A DNA stretch of 64,000 nt from the NCBI GenBank assembly GCA_041394025.1, contig JAWKJA010000002.1:787178-851177 (forward strand), given 5' to 3'. This DNA is from Acidimicrobiia bacterium. Its GTDB lineage: Bacteria; Actinomycetota; Acidimicrobiia; IMCC26256; JAOSJL01. A program made the position numbers and the translations under genes. The notes under the pieces are model-generated. The model was not told the origin of the DNA. It ran no database searches and was given only the letters and a program-made list of their open reading frames with translations. Of this stretch, positions 28,362-37,657 are shown one piece after another (position 1 is the first letter of the stretch; the number at the start of each line of letters is the position of its first letter).

Positions 28362-29453
28362 TCAGCGGAGGAACTCCGGGACGTCGAAGTCGTCGTCGCC
28401 CAGGTCGACATCCCCGGGCGGTGAGTCGCCCGCATCGCCGAAACTGTCACCGAAGCTGTCGTCGTCGAGGCCGAGCGAGGCGGGCTCGAGCCGGCGCTCA
28501 CCCTCGAAGCGCTCGAAACCCGCTGCGATGACGGTGAGGCGCACCTCGTCCCCGAGGGCGTCGTCGATCACGGCACCGAAGATGATGTTGGCATCGGGGT
28601 GCGCCGCTTCCGAGATGATCTCGGCGGCCTCGTTCACCTCGAGAAGACCGAGATCGGAGGGCCCCGACACCGACAGGAGGATGCCGCGGGCCCCCTCGAT
28701 GCTGGCCTCGAGCAGCGGGGAGGAGATCGCCGCTCGCGCCGCGTTGACGGCCCGGCCCTCCCCCGAGGCGTAGCCGATGCCCATGAGGGCCGAACCGGCG
28801 TCGGTCATGATCATGCGGACGTCGGCGAAGTCGGTGTTGATCAGGCCCGGGGTCGTGATGAGGTCGGTGATGCCCTGCACGCCCTGGAGGAGCACCTCGT
28901 CTGCCATCTTGAAGGCGTTCAACATGGACGTCTTCTCGTCGGAGACCTGGAGGAGCCGGTCGTTGGGAATCGTGATGAGCGTGTCGACCTTCTCCTTCAG
29001 CTTCTGGATACCGCTCTCGGCCTGCACGGCGCGACGACGCCCCTCGAAGGTGAACGGTCGCGTGACCACGCCGATCGTGAGCGCGCCGAGAGACTTGGCG
29101 ACCTCCGCGATCACCGGCGCACCACCCGTTCCGGTGCCGCCGCCCTTGCCGGCGGTGATGAAGACCATGTCGGCGCCCTTGAGGACCTCCTCGATCTCCT
29201 CGCGGTGCTCCTCGGCGGCCTGCTTGCCGACATCGGGGTCGGAGCCCGCGCCGAGACCGCGTGTGAGCTGGCGGCCCACGTCGAGCTTCACGTCGGCGTC
29301 GCTCAACAGGAGCGCCTGGGCGTCGGTGTTGACCGCTACGAATTCGACGCCCTTCAGGCCCGCGTCGATCATGCGGTTGACGGCGTTGCAACCCCCACCG
29401 CCGACTCCCAGGACCTTGATGACGGCCAGATAGTTCTGCGGAGCTCCGAGCAT
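28362..29453 (-). CDS. ftsZ: Cell division GTPase FtsZ
   Basis: ATG at 29453, then [48 protein letters not shown] (tubulin signature) and the C-terminal peptide [10 protein letters not shown]. 363 aa. The 29 upstream codons of the ORF are unlikely to be coding. Confidence 0.95.
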   Translation of the reverse strand: MLGAPQNYLAVIKVLGVGGGGCNAVNRMIDAGLKGVEFVAVNTDAQALLLSDADVKLDVGRQLTRGLGAGSDPDVGKQAAEEHREEIEEVLKGADMVFITAGKGGGTGTGGAPVIAEVAKSLGALTIGVVTRPFTFEGRRRAVQAESGIQKLKEKVDTLITIPNDRLLQVSDEKTSMLNAFKMADEVLLQGVQGITDLITTPGLINTDFADVRMIMTDAGSALMGIGYASGEGRAVNAARAAISSPLLEASIEGARGILLSVSGPSDLGLLEVNEAAEIISEAAHPDANIIFGAVIDDALGDEVRLTVIAAGFERFEGERRLEPASLGLDDDSFGDSFGDAGDSPPGDVDLGDDDFDVPEFLR

Positions 29454-29568
29454 TGTCACGTCTGTCCCCGCTTCCTCGTGCGTGCCGGGCCTGAGTCGGT
29501 CGGCGGCGTGCGCCGGTCTCGTGCGTACGGGAGGATGCACACCGGAGTCCCTGCCATCCGGGGAACAC

Positions 29569-29587
29569 CCTCAACCTCAGGTTGAGG
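29569..29587. repeat. 8-bp perfect palindrome (3-nt centre) in the ftsQ-ftsZ spacer
   Basis: CCTCAACC tca GGTTGAGG, next to the most AT-rich stretch I noticed by eye (gtgtatagttatgtaaacc). Confidence 0.8.
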
Positions 29588-29621
29588 TGTATAGTTATGT
29601 AAACCTCTCGTTTCGGTGAAG

Positions 29622-29650
29622 ACTGTACAGAGTAACGCCGCGAAACGCAA
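29622..29650 (-). promoter_or_regulatory. Candidate ftsZ promoter
   Basis: Minus strand TTGCGT (29650-29645), 17 nt, TACAGT (29627-22). Fits TTGACA-N17-TAnnnT loosely. About 170 nt upstream of the ftsZ ATG. Sequence match only. Confidence 0.25.
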
Positions 29651-29666
29651 CGACTCCACGCCAGCC

Positions 29667-29705
29667 TCGCGCGGGTGGTCTCGCGCGGGTGGTCTCGCGC
29701 TGGTC
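29667..29705. repeat. 14-bp tandem repeat (2 full copies plus a partial third) immediately downstream of the ftsQ stop
   Basis: tcgcgcgggtggtc tcgcgcgggtggtc tcgcgctggtc. Confidence 0.85.
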
Positions 29706-30507
29706 AGGGGCCCACCACCGGGGCGCCGGGGACCCGCACGTCGATGTAGCTCACCGGGCGCTCCCCGAGCGACGCCCGGACCGCCTCGGCGGCGGCCAGG
29801 GCGTCGTCGACGTCCACCGCCGCCGGGTCGCCGAGGCGCACCTCTCCCCCCTCGCGCAGGAGCAGGCGCGCGTCGGGCCCGTCGAGCGCGATCGCGACGA
29901 CGTGGCCCAGCAGCTCCTCGGGGAGGGCCGCGGCGATCCGCGCCGCGTCGGCTCCGTCGAGTGTCCCCCCGGCGGACGGCAGCGCACCGACGCCGCGCAG
30001 CTCGGGGATGTACAGCGCCAGCTTCTCGTCGTCGGCGAGAACCCGGCCGCTTCGGTCGACGAGGGCCACCTGCTCCTCGGCGACGCGAACCCATCCCACG
30101 GGGACCCGCTCGGTCACCGTGATCGTGATGTCACCGGGATAGCTCTTGTCGACGGAGGCCTCGGCGATCCACGGGAGCTCCTCGACACGCGACGCCGCCG
30201 CGCCCGCGTCGAGGTACAGCATCGGGTCGCCGGCGTCGATGCCCGAGGCTGTCATGACCTCGTCGGCCGTCGTGCGCAGATCCGCCTCCGGGCCGGCCGG
30301 CGAGGAAGCGCGTACCGCCACGGTGTCGACGTCGAGGACCGGCGAGCGCGTGACGAGGTACGCGATCCCCACGAGCGCGCCGAGCCCGAGCACCACGAGC
30401 AGCACGCGGAGACGCCGTCGGCCCGCCGTGCGCGTGACCTCCACGCGTCGGGCCGCCACGCGGGAGTCGACCTTCCGCCGCGCCCGGGGCTCCGCGGTGG
30501 TCGTCAC
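29704..30507 (-). CDS. ftsQ: Cell division protein FtsQ (POTRA domain)
   Basis: GTG at 30507 overlaps the murB stop (GTGA). Basic cytoplasmic N-terminus, one TM (LRVLLVVLGLGALVGIAYLV), then a POTRA-like region (VLDVDTVAVRAS...). 267 aa. Confidence 0.8.
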   Translation of the reverse strand: MTTTAEPRARRKVDSRVAARRVEVTRTAGRRRLRVLLVVLGLGALVGIAYLVTRSPVLDVDTVAVRASSPAGPEADLRTTADEVMTASGIDAGDPMLYLDAGAAASRVEELPWIAEASVDKSYPGDITITVTERVPVGWVRVAEEQVALVDRSGRVLADDEKLALYIPELRGVGALPSAGGTLDGADAARIAAALPEELLGHVVAIALDGPDARLLLREGGEVRLGDPAAVDVDDALAAAEAVRASLGERPVSYIDVRVPGAPVVGP

Positions 30508-31490
30508 GGCTCGTTTCGCCCGTCCCCGGCGCCGGGCCCGTCGCCCACGAACACCAGCTCCGGGCGCAGCTCGACCCCGGTGCGCTCGTGCACGACACGT
30601 CGCACCGTCTCGACCAGCGCCCGAACGTCGGCTGCCGTGGCGCCGTCGTCGGCCTGGAAGAAGTTGGCGTGCTTGTGGGACACCTCCACACCGCCGACCC
30701 GGAGCCCCTTGAGCCCGCACGCGTCGATGAGGCGGCCGGCCGAGTCATCGGGTGGGTTGGTGAAGACCGAGCCCGCGTTCGACCCGCCGGGCTGGTTGTC
30801 ACGACGCCATCGCACGATCTCGCCCAGACGAGCGTCGCACGCACCCGGATCGTCGGTGGCCCCCCGGAACGTGGCGGCGACAACGATCTCGTGTGCTCTC
30901 AGGGCCGACGTGCGGTAACCGAGGCCGAGCGCCGGTACCGACCGGTCGGACACGGTGCCCGCCACGAGATCCACGACCCGCGCGCCACCGAGGACCTCGT
31001 GGGTGCTCTGCCCGTGGCCCCCGGCGTTCATGCGGACCGCTCCGCCGACACTGCCGGGGATCCCGACGTAGAACTCGAGGCCCGTGATCCCCGCGGCGGC
31101 GCACCGTCGGGCCAGGACAGGCAGAGGTACGGAGCCGCCTGCGGCCACGTCGACACCGTCGCCCGGCGACGCTCCCGCGGGTTCCGGTGGCAGGTCCAGC
31201 GTCTCGAAGCTCCCCTCGAGCAGCACCCCCACGCCGGGAAACCCCTCGTCGGCCACCACCAGATTCGACCCGCGACCGATGGCCAGGACGGGGACGTCGG
31301 TGCCGGCGAGCGCCTCCGCGAGCGCCAGGAGGTGAGCCTCCTCGCGCGCACGCACCAGGACGGCCACCGGGCCACCGAGGCGGTAGGTGGTCAGCTCACG
31401 TGCGGGTACGTCCAGAGTGACCCCGTCGCCGATGGCATCCCGGAGGCGGTCCGCGACCTCCGGGAGCCCGGTCGGGTTCGGGGCGTTCAC
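30504..31490 (-). CDS. murB: UDP-N-acetylenolpyruvoylglucosamine reductase
   Basis: GTG at 31490 overlaps the murC stop (GTGA). FAD-binding region TTYRLGGPVAVLV...IGRGSNLVV, and GSVGGAVRMNAGG and AGSVFTNP motifs. 328 aa. Confidence 0.9.
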   Translation of the reverse strand: MNAPNPTGLPEVADRLRDAIGDGVTLDVPARELTTYRLGGPVAVLVRAREEAHLLALAEALAGTDVPVLAIGRGSNLVVADEGFPGVGVLLEGSFETLDLPPEPAGASPGDGVDVAAGGSVPLPVLARRCAAAGITGLEFYVGIPGSVGGAVRMNAGGHGQSTHEVLGGARVVDLVAGTVSDRSVPALGLGYRTSALRAHEIVVAATFRGATDDPGACDARLGEIVRWRRDNQPGGSNAGSVFTNPPDDSAGRLIDACGLKGLRVGGVEVSHKHANFFQADDGATAADVRALVETVRRVVHERTGVELRPELVFVGDGPGAGDGRNEP

Positions 31491-32923
31491 GACGCCTGCC
31501 GGGTGAGCCACGTGTCGGCCAATGTGTTGACGTCGCCGGCGCCCAGCGTGAGGACGACGTCGCCCGGCCGCGTGAGGCGTGCGAACGCCGCCTCCACATC
31601 GCCGCGACGGGGCAGGTAGCTCACGGCCAGGCCGGGGTGGGCGTCGAGGACCGACCGGAGGATGAGGCGACCCGACACGCCCGGGCGGGGTGGCTCGCCG
31701 GCCGCGTAGACATCGGTGATCACCAGGGCGTCGGCGAGCGTGAAGGCGTCGGCGAAGTCGCGCCACAGCGACTCCGTGCGTGAGTAGCGGTGTGGCTGGA
31801 AGACCACGACCACACGTCGCCAGGTCCCGTCGGCGCAGCCCTCCCGTGCGGTGGCGATGGCGGCCTGCACCTCGCTCGGCAGGTGGGCGTAGTCGTCGAC
31901 GATCGTCACGCCGTCGGCCTCGCCCCGGAACTGGAAGCGTCGGGCAACGCCCCCGAAGCCCGCGAGTGCCGCGGCGGCAGCGGGGAACGGGACACCGGCC
32001 TCCAGCGCCAGCGCGGTGGCCCCCAGGGCGTTCAGCGCATTGTGACGGCCGGGGACCGGCAGCTCGATCTCACCCAGCTCCGCTTTCCCGGCGTCGGTCG
32101 TGTGGACGACACGCATGCGTGAGCCGTTTCCGCCGCCGCGGTAGTCGACGCCGCGGTAACGGGCACCCTCGGAGAAGCCGTAGGTGATCCCCGAGCACTC
32201 CGTGGCGATCTGCCGGGCGACCGGGTCGTCGGCACAGCAGACCAACGGCCCTCCGACCCCGCGGGCAAACGTGTGGAACGACTCCGTCAGCTCCACGAGC
32301 CCGCCGAAGTGGTCGAGATGGTCGGCTTCCACGTTGGTGAGGAGGGCGGCCGCCGGCTCGAGGGCCAGAAAGGTCCCGTCACTCTCGTCGGCCTCGACCA
32401 CGAGCCACTCACCGTCGTCGTAGGCGGCGTTGGTCCCGACCTCGTTGAGGTCTCCTCCGATCACGAAGCTCGGATGCCGGTTGTCGGCCCGAAGAACGAG
32501 GGCGAGCATCGACGCTGTCGTCGTCTTGCCGTGTGATCCGGCGACGGCCATGGTGCGCCGGGTCTGCGCGATCGCGACGAGTGCATCGGCGCGTCGGTGA
32601 ACGGGGACGCCGCGCGCCTGCGCCTCGACGACCTCTGCGTTGGTCGCCAGGATGGCGGTGGAGATCACGACCGCGTCGGCGTCGGCGGGGATGTTCGTGG
32701 CGTCGTGGCCGACGTGGACATCGACACCGAGGAGTGCGAGACGCTCGAGGGTGGTGGAGTCCTTCAGGTCCGAACCGCTGACGCGGTGGCCCATCTGAAC
32801 CAGGACCGTGGCGATGGCACTCATGCCCGCACCGCCGACACCGACGACGTGGACGACCCGCGGTTCGGCGAGGTCGAGAGAGCCCCCGCGTTCGGGGGCG
32901 CCGGCAGGCGCTTCCTGACGCAC
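31487..32923 (-). CDS. murC: UDP-N-acetylmuramate--L-alanine ligase
   Basis: VHVVGVGGAGMSAIA nucleotide loop, AVAGSHGKTTTASM and Mur ligase middle and C-terminal domains. The start is uncertain. I chose GTG 32923 (GAGGA 10 nt upstream, 13 nt after the murG stop). Alternatives are GTG 32944 and the ORF-maximal start at 32977. Confidence 0.9.
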   Translation of the reverse strand: MRQEAPAGAPERGGSLDLAEPRVVHVVGVGGAGMSAIATVLVQMGHRVSGSDLKDSTTLERLALLGVDVHVGHDATNIPADADAVVISTAILATNAEVVEAQARGVPVHRRADALVAIAQTRRTMAVAGSHGKTTTASMLALVLRADNRHPSFVIGGDLNEVGTNAAYDDGEWLVVEADESDGTFLALEPAAALLTNVEADHLDHFGGLVELTESFHTFARGVGGPLVCCADDPVARQIATECSGITYGFSEGARYRGVDYRGGGNGSRMRVVHTTDAGKAELGEIELPVPGRHNALNALGATALALEAGVPFPAAAAALAGFGGVARRFQFRGEADGVTIVDDYAHLPSEVQAAIATAREGCADGTWRRVVVVFQPHRYSRTESLWRDFADAFTLADALVITDVYAAGEPPRPGVSGRLILRSVLDAHPGLAVSYLPRRGDVEAAFARLTRPGDVVLTLGAGDVNTLADTWLTRQAS

Positions 32924-32936
32924 GGGCCTGCGGTCC

Positions 32937-34022
32937 TCAGGCACGGGCGGCTTCCTCGACGAGATCGGCGAGATCACTCACGGCGTCGGGACGAGCGAGG
33001 GAACGGGTTGCCTCGGTCATCGCCCGGATCCTGGCCGGCGATCCGAGGATTCCGTCGACGATCGGCTCCAGCGACGCCGCGTCGCAGTCGCTGTCGGCGA
33101 GGAGCACGGCTCCCCCGGCCTCCTCGACGACACGGGCGTTGTGGGTCTGGTGGTCGCCAGTGGCCGCCGGGAAGGGAACGAGGACCGATGGCACACCGGC
33201 AGCCGTGAGCTCCGCCACCGTGACGGCTCCGGCCCGCGACACGACGAGCGACGACGTGGCGTACAGGGTGTCCATGTGGTCTTCGTAGTCGACGAGCTCG
33301 TAGACGAGGGCATCGTCGGGCCGGCGGAGCGTGTCGAGGCTCCCCGAGCACCGGTCGAAGTCCCGCGACCCGGCCACGTGGCGGATGGTGACGTCACGAC
33401 GCTCACGCCATCGGTCGTAGAGGCCGAGAGCGGCATCGTTGAGGCGCCGCGCCCCGAGGCTGCCCCCCACGACGGCGAGCCGGGGCCGGGTCGTGTCGGG
33501 ACGGCGCTCCACTGACAGGACCTCCCGGCGGACCGGGTTCCCCGTGAGGACCGCACCCGGCAGCGGGGTGTCCGGAAGCGACACGGCCGGTACGGCGCCG
33601 AGCCGGACCGCGAGTCGGTTGGCGATACCGGGGGCGGCGTTCTGCTCGTGCACGACCACCGGGATCCTCCGGAGCCGGGCGGCGAGGACCGCCGGAACGG
33701 ACGCGTAGCCGCCCACGCCGACCACGACACGCGGATGCCAGCGGCGCATCAGGCCGAGTGCCACCACACAGGCCCGGAGGATCTCCAGGACGGAACGGAT
33801 GTTGCGCAGGCTCAGGCGACGCTCGATCCCGCGCCCGGGAAGCAGCTCCACGGGGAACCCGGCCCCGGGAACGACGCGTGCCTCGAGGCCACGCCGTGCA
33901 CCGACGAACCGGACGTCGTCGCGGGCGTGCCCGCGGGCCACGAGCTCCTCGGCCAGTGCCAGTGCCGGGTACACATGACCTCCGGTGCCACCCCCGGCGA
34001 TGACGACGGGGCCGGTGCTCAC
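32937..34022 (-). CDS. murG: Undecaprenyldiphospho-muramoylpentapeptide beta-N-acetylglucosaminyltransferase
   Basis: GTG at 34022 overlaps the ftsW stop (GTGA). VIAGGGTGGHVYPALALAEEL, HEQNAAPG, and the C-terminal SRAGAVTVAEL...P....GDHQ..NA motif. 361 aa. The 737-aa ORF is a shadow extension through ftsW. Confidence 0.92.
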   Translation of the reverse strand: MSTGPVVIAGGGTGGHVYPALALAEELVARGHARDDVRFVGARRGLEARVVPGAGFPVELLPGRGIERRLSLRNIRSVLEILRACVVALGLMRRWHPRVVVGVGGYASVPAVLAARLRRIPVVVHEQNAAPGIANRLAVRLGAVPAVSLPDTPLPGAVLTGNPVRREVLSVERRPDTTRPRLAVVGGSLGARRLNDAALGLYDRWRERRDVTIRHVAGSRDFDRCSGSLDTLRRPDDALVYELVDYEDHMDTLYATSSLVVSRAGAVTVAELTAAGVPSVLVPFPAATGDHQTHNARVVEEAGGAVLLADSDCDAASLEPIVDGILGSPARIRAMTEATRSLARPDAVSDLADLVEEAARA

Positions 34023-35239
34023 CGCGCCGTGCCCGACGCGGCGGGTCGTCCCTGGCGGGCGATGTTGCCGAGGATCCCCGCCGCGACCATGGTGAAGACG
34101 AGCGCAGAGCCCCCGAAGGACACGAAGGGCAGCGGGATTCCCGACACGGGGAGCAGGCCGATGACCGCGCCGATGTTGATGATCGCCTGACCGACGACCC
34201 ACACGGTGACGCCTGCGGCCACCAGCATCCCGAAGCGATCGGGTGCCCGTACCGCCGTCAGGACACCGAACACGGCGAAAGCCACGAACAGCGCCACGAC
34301 GATGAGGCACCCCACCAGGCCGAGCTCCTCCCCGATGATGGCGAAGATGAAGTCTGTGTGCGCGTTCGGCAGGAACATCCACTTGGCACGACCGGCTCCG
34401 AGTCCCACACCGGTCCAGCCGCCACTTCCCAGCGCAATGAGCGACTGGGCGATCTGGTACCCCGTGTTCGACGAGTCGGACCACGGGTCGAGAAAGGCGA
34501 ACACGCGGGCGCGGCGGTACCCGGCGCCGACAGCGAGGAGCGCCGCCAGCGAGATGCCGGCGACGCCGAGTGTCATGAGGTGCTTCATGCGCACACCGCC
34601 GACGATGAGGAGCGCGAACGCGATGAGACCGAGGACGATCGTGGAGTCGAGGTCGGGTTGCTTGAGGACGAGGACCGAGAAGATCGCCAGGACCCCCAGC
34701 ACCGGGGCGACGACGAGCCGCCAGTCGTAGATCTCGCGTGCGCGCCGCGTGAGGAGGTCGGCGCTGAAGAGCAGGAGGGCGAGCTTGGCGACCTCGGTGG
34801 GCTGGAACCGCAGCGACCCGGTTCCCAACCACCGAGTGGCGCCGTCGACGTGGATGCCCACCCCGGGGACGAGGACGAGGACGAGGAGGCCTGCGCTGAG
34901 CGCCAGCAGCGGGAGCGCGAGCCGGCGCCACTTCCTGTAGTCGACACGCGCGACGACGACGAAGGTCCCGATGCCCAGGAGCGTCCAGAGGATCTGGCGC
35001 TCGAAGAAGAACCACGCCGAGCCGTAGTTCGCCTCGGCGACGACCGACGATGCCGACAGGACCATCACGAGGCCGACCACGTTGAGGACCACGACAGTGG
35101 CGAACAGGAGCACGTAAAGCGCCGGGCGCTGTGCTCCTGGACCGCGCCACGCCTGGCGCAGTGTGCGCACCGCCCCTGCGGGACGCTCGACCGCCGTCGG
35201 GGCACGGCGCCGCGTGGTGGTGCTAGCGCGCGTTGTCAC
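34019..35239 (-). CDS. ftsW: Peptidoglycan glycosyltransferase FtsW (SEDS family)
   Basis: About ten TM helices. SEDS motifs RWLGTGSLRFQPTEVAKLAL, PDLDSTIV, QSLIALGSGGWTGVGLG, FLPNAHTDFIFAIIGEELG. Start placed at GTG 35239 (17-nt overlap with murD). GTG 35170 is an alternative. Confidence 0.88.
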   Translation of the reverse strand: MTTRASTTTRRRAPTAVERPAGAVRTLRQAWRGPGAQRPALYVLLFATVVVLNVVGLVMVLSASSVVAEANYGSAWFFFERQILWTLLGIGTFVVVARVDYRKWRRLALPLLALSAGLLVLVLVPGVGIHVDGATRWLGTGSLRFQPTEVAKLALLLFSADLLTRRAREIYDWRLVVAPVLGVLAIFSVLVLKQPDLDSTIVLGLIAFALLIVGGVRMKHLMTLGVAGISLAALLAVGAGYRRARVFAFLDPWSDSSNTGYQIAQSLIALGSGGWTGVGLGAGRAKWMFLPNAHTDFIFAIIGEELGLVGCLIVVALFVAFAVFGVLTAVRAPDRFGMLVAAGVTVWVVGQAIINIGAVIGLLPVSGIPLPFVSFGGSALVFTMVAAGILGNIARQGRPAASGTAR

Positions 35240-36614
35240 CGGTGGTCCCTCGGACAGGCCGGAACCCGGGCAGCTCACGGACCAGGGCTGCGAAGTGGTC
35301 GCCCCTCTGGCTGTAGCTCTCGTAGGCGTCGAAAGAGGCGCATCCCGGTGAGAGCAGGACGACGTCGCCGGGCTCCGCCGCCGCTCTGGCGGCATCCACG
35401 GCCTCCGCCATGGTGCCGACCCGCACCGCCGGTGTGCCCGTGACCGCCCGGAAGGCGTCGGCAACGTCCGCGCCGGCCTCACCGAAGCCGACCACCGATC
35501 GCGGCAGGCACGAGGGATCCACCAGGACAGTGAGATCGAGGCCCTTGTTCCGCCCACCGGCGAGCAGCACGACGCGCCCCTCCCCGGTCAAGGCCTCGAG
35601 CGCGGAGCGTGCCGCGTGGGGGTTCGTGGCCTTCGAGTCGTCGACGTAACGCACGTCTCCAGCTTCTCCCACCAGCTCCATCCGATGGGGGAATCCCCGG
35701 AAGTCGCACAGCTCCGCGGCGATGGCGGACGGTGTTGCCCCGGCCTCGCGCGCCGCGGCGGCTGCGGCCAGCGCGTTCGCCAGGTCGTGAGGACCGGAGC
35801 GCAGGAGCTCGGCCCGGCGTACGAGCTCGGTGCCCTCCGGCGTGACCAGGGCATCGGCCGTGGCACTCCAGGCTCCCGCGCGTTGCCCACGGACGGTCCA
35901 CGGCACAGTTCGCGACCGAGCCGCGGTGGCCGCCGTCGACACCCGAGCGTCGTCGGCGTTGAAGACGAGGGTGTCGTCGCGCGACTGATTGGAGAAGATG
36001 CGGGCCTTCGCGGCGGCGTAGGCATCGAGGTCGGCGTGCCAGTCGAGGTGGTCGGCGGCGATGTTGAGGAACACAGCGACACGCGGTCGGAACACCGTCG
36101 TGAACTCGAGTTGGAACGACGAGACCTCGACGACCACGACGTCGACGGCGGGATCGGCCACGACCTCGATGAGAGGTTGGCCGATGTTGCCGGCCGCCTC
36201 CGCCGCGATGCCGGACCTCCGGAGCATGGCCGTGATGAGGCGTGTGACGGTGGTCTTGCCGTTCGTGCCCGTGACCGCCAGGAGTGTCGGGTGCCCGCGT
36301 CGTTCCGCCGTCTCGGCAGCGAGGTCGACCTCGGCGCGAACGGGTGTCGACACCGTCGTGGCGGCGGACACCACGGTGTGGTCGGGCGCGACACCCGGGC
36401 TGGGCACCACGAGATCGGCGGCGGCGACGAGATCCCTGACCGCGGCGGGCTCCGGTGTGACGAGAATCGGGACCCGCAGCCCGGCGAAGTCGGGTGACCG
36501 GCGCTGCACCGCCTCGGCCGAGTCGTCGAGGACGGTCACGGCGTCACCCCGTTCGGTCAGCACACGGGCGACGGCGAGACCGGTGACGCCGGAGCCGATC
36601 ACGACGGCGTTCAA
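35223..36614 (-). CDS. murD: UDP-N-acetylmuramoylalanine--D-glutamate ligase
   Basis: TTG at 36614 overlaps the mraY stop (TTGA). VVIGSGVTGLAVARVL Rossmann loop, VTGTNGKTT P-loop, and the Mur ligase C-terminal domain. 463 aa. The 836-aa ORF is a shadow extension through mraY. Confidence 0.88.
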   Translation of the reverse strand: MNAVVIGSGVTGLAVARVLTERGDAVTVLDDSAEAVQRRSPDFAGLRVPILVTPEPAAVRDLVAAADLVVPSPGVAPDHTVVSAATTVSTPVRAEVDLAAETAERRGHPTLLAVTGTNGKTTVTRLITAMLRRSGIAAEAAGNIGQPLIEVVADPAVDVVVVEVSSFQLEFTTVFRPRVAVFLNIAADHLDWHADLDAYAAAKARIFSNQSRDDTLVFNADDARVSTAATAARSRTVPWTVRGQRAGAWSATADALVTPEGTELVRRAELLRSGPHDLANALAAAAAAREAGATPSAIAAELCDFRGFPHRMELVGEAGDVRYVDDSKATNPHAARSALEALTGEGRVVLLAGGRNKGLDLTVLVDPSCLPRSVVGFGEAGADVADAFRAVTGTPAVRVGTMAEAVDAARAAAEPGDVVLLSPGCASFDAYESYSQRGDHFAALVRELPGFRPVRGTTGDNAR

Positions 36615-37657
36615 TCGATCGACCCGGGGATGTTGATGTAGTCGGAGTAGAAGATCCCGACACCGAGCGCCACGAAGAGCCCTGCGATCAGCCAGAAACG
36701 GACGATGACGGTGAACTCGGGCCACCCGCCGACCTCGAAGTGGTGGTGGATCGGCGCCATCCGGAAGACCCGGGTCCCGAAGAGGCGGAACGACACGATC
36801 TGGGTGATGACCGACAACGTCTCGATCACGTAGAGCCCGCCGAGGATCGGCAGGAGGAGATCCACGTCGAGCAGCAGCGCCAGTCCTGCGAGCGCGCCGC
36901 CGAGAGCCAGCGAGCCGGTGTCGCCCATGAAGATCCGCGCCGGAGCCGCGTTCCACCACAGGAAGCCCGCGCAGGCTCCCACAAGAGCGGCCGCCACGAT
37001 CGCCAGATCGAGCGCCTGGGCCGGCTCGATGCCGTAGATGTCGGGGTGACGGAACTTCCAAAAGGCGATGATCACGAACGCCGAGAGGACCAGTGTCGCC
37101 GAACCTGCCGCGAGACCGTCGAGGCCGTCGGTGATGTTCACGGCGTTCGACGAGCCGAGGATCATGAGCACGGCCCACACGCACCAGAGGGTCGCTCCCA
37201 TCTGGAGGTCGAGTGAACGCGTGAAGGAGAGGTCGGTCGACACGTCGACCCACTCGAGAGCGAGGAGCGCGAACCCCACCGACACGAGCACCATCCCGGT
37301 GGTCTTGCCGCGCTTTCGCAGTCCGAGGTTGCGTCGCTTGAGAACGCCGAGCACATCGTCGAGGAACCCGATCACGGCCATCCCGAGGACGAGGCCGACG
37401 ACGGCGATGCCCGAGCGGGCGAAGGCCACCGACTCCGTACGGACGTGCGCGATCAGGTAGCCGGCCACGGCGGCACCGACGAGAGCGACACCACCCATGG
37501 TGGGGGTGCCCTCCTTGGTGACGTGGGGGTGCGAGATGGGGCCGTCGTCGCGGATGGTCTGGCCGACCCCCCTCGTCGACAGGACGCGGATGAGCAGCGG
37601 CGTCCCGAGGACCGACAGCACGAAGGCGGCCGTCGCCGCCAGCAGGAGTCCGATCAC
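36611..37657 (-). CDS. mraY: Phospho-N-acetylmuramoyl-pentapeptide transferase
   Basis: 348 aa with ten TM helices. KEGTPTMGG, NAVNITDGLDGLA, MGDTGSLALGG, APIHHHFE. Confidence 0.95.
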   Translation of the reverse strand: MIGLLLAATAAFVLSVLGTPLLIRVLSTRGVGQTIRDDGPISHPHVTKEGTPTMGGVALVGAAVAGYLIAHVRTESVAFARSGIAVVGLVLGMAVIGFLDDVLGVLKRRNLGLRKRGKTTGMVLVSVGFALLALEWVDVSTDLSFTRSLDLQMGATLWCVWAVLMILGSSNAVNITDGLDGLAAGSATLVLSAFVIIAFWKFRHPDIYGIEPAQALDLAIVAAALVGACAGFLWWNAAPARIFMGDTGSLALGGALAGLALLLDVDLLLPILGGLYVIETLSVITQIVSFRLFGTRVFRMAPIHHHFEVGGWPEFTVIVRFWLIAGLFVALGVGIFYSDYINIPGSID

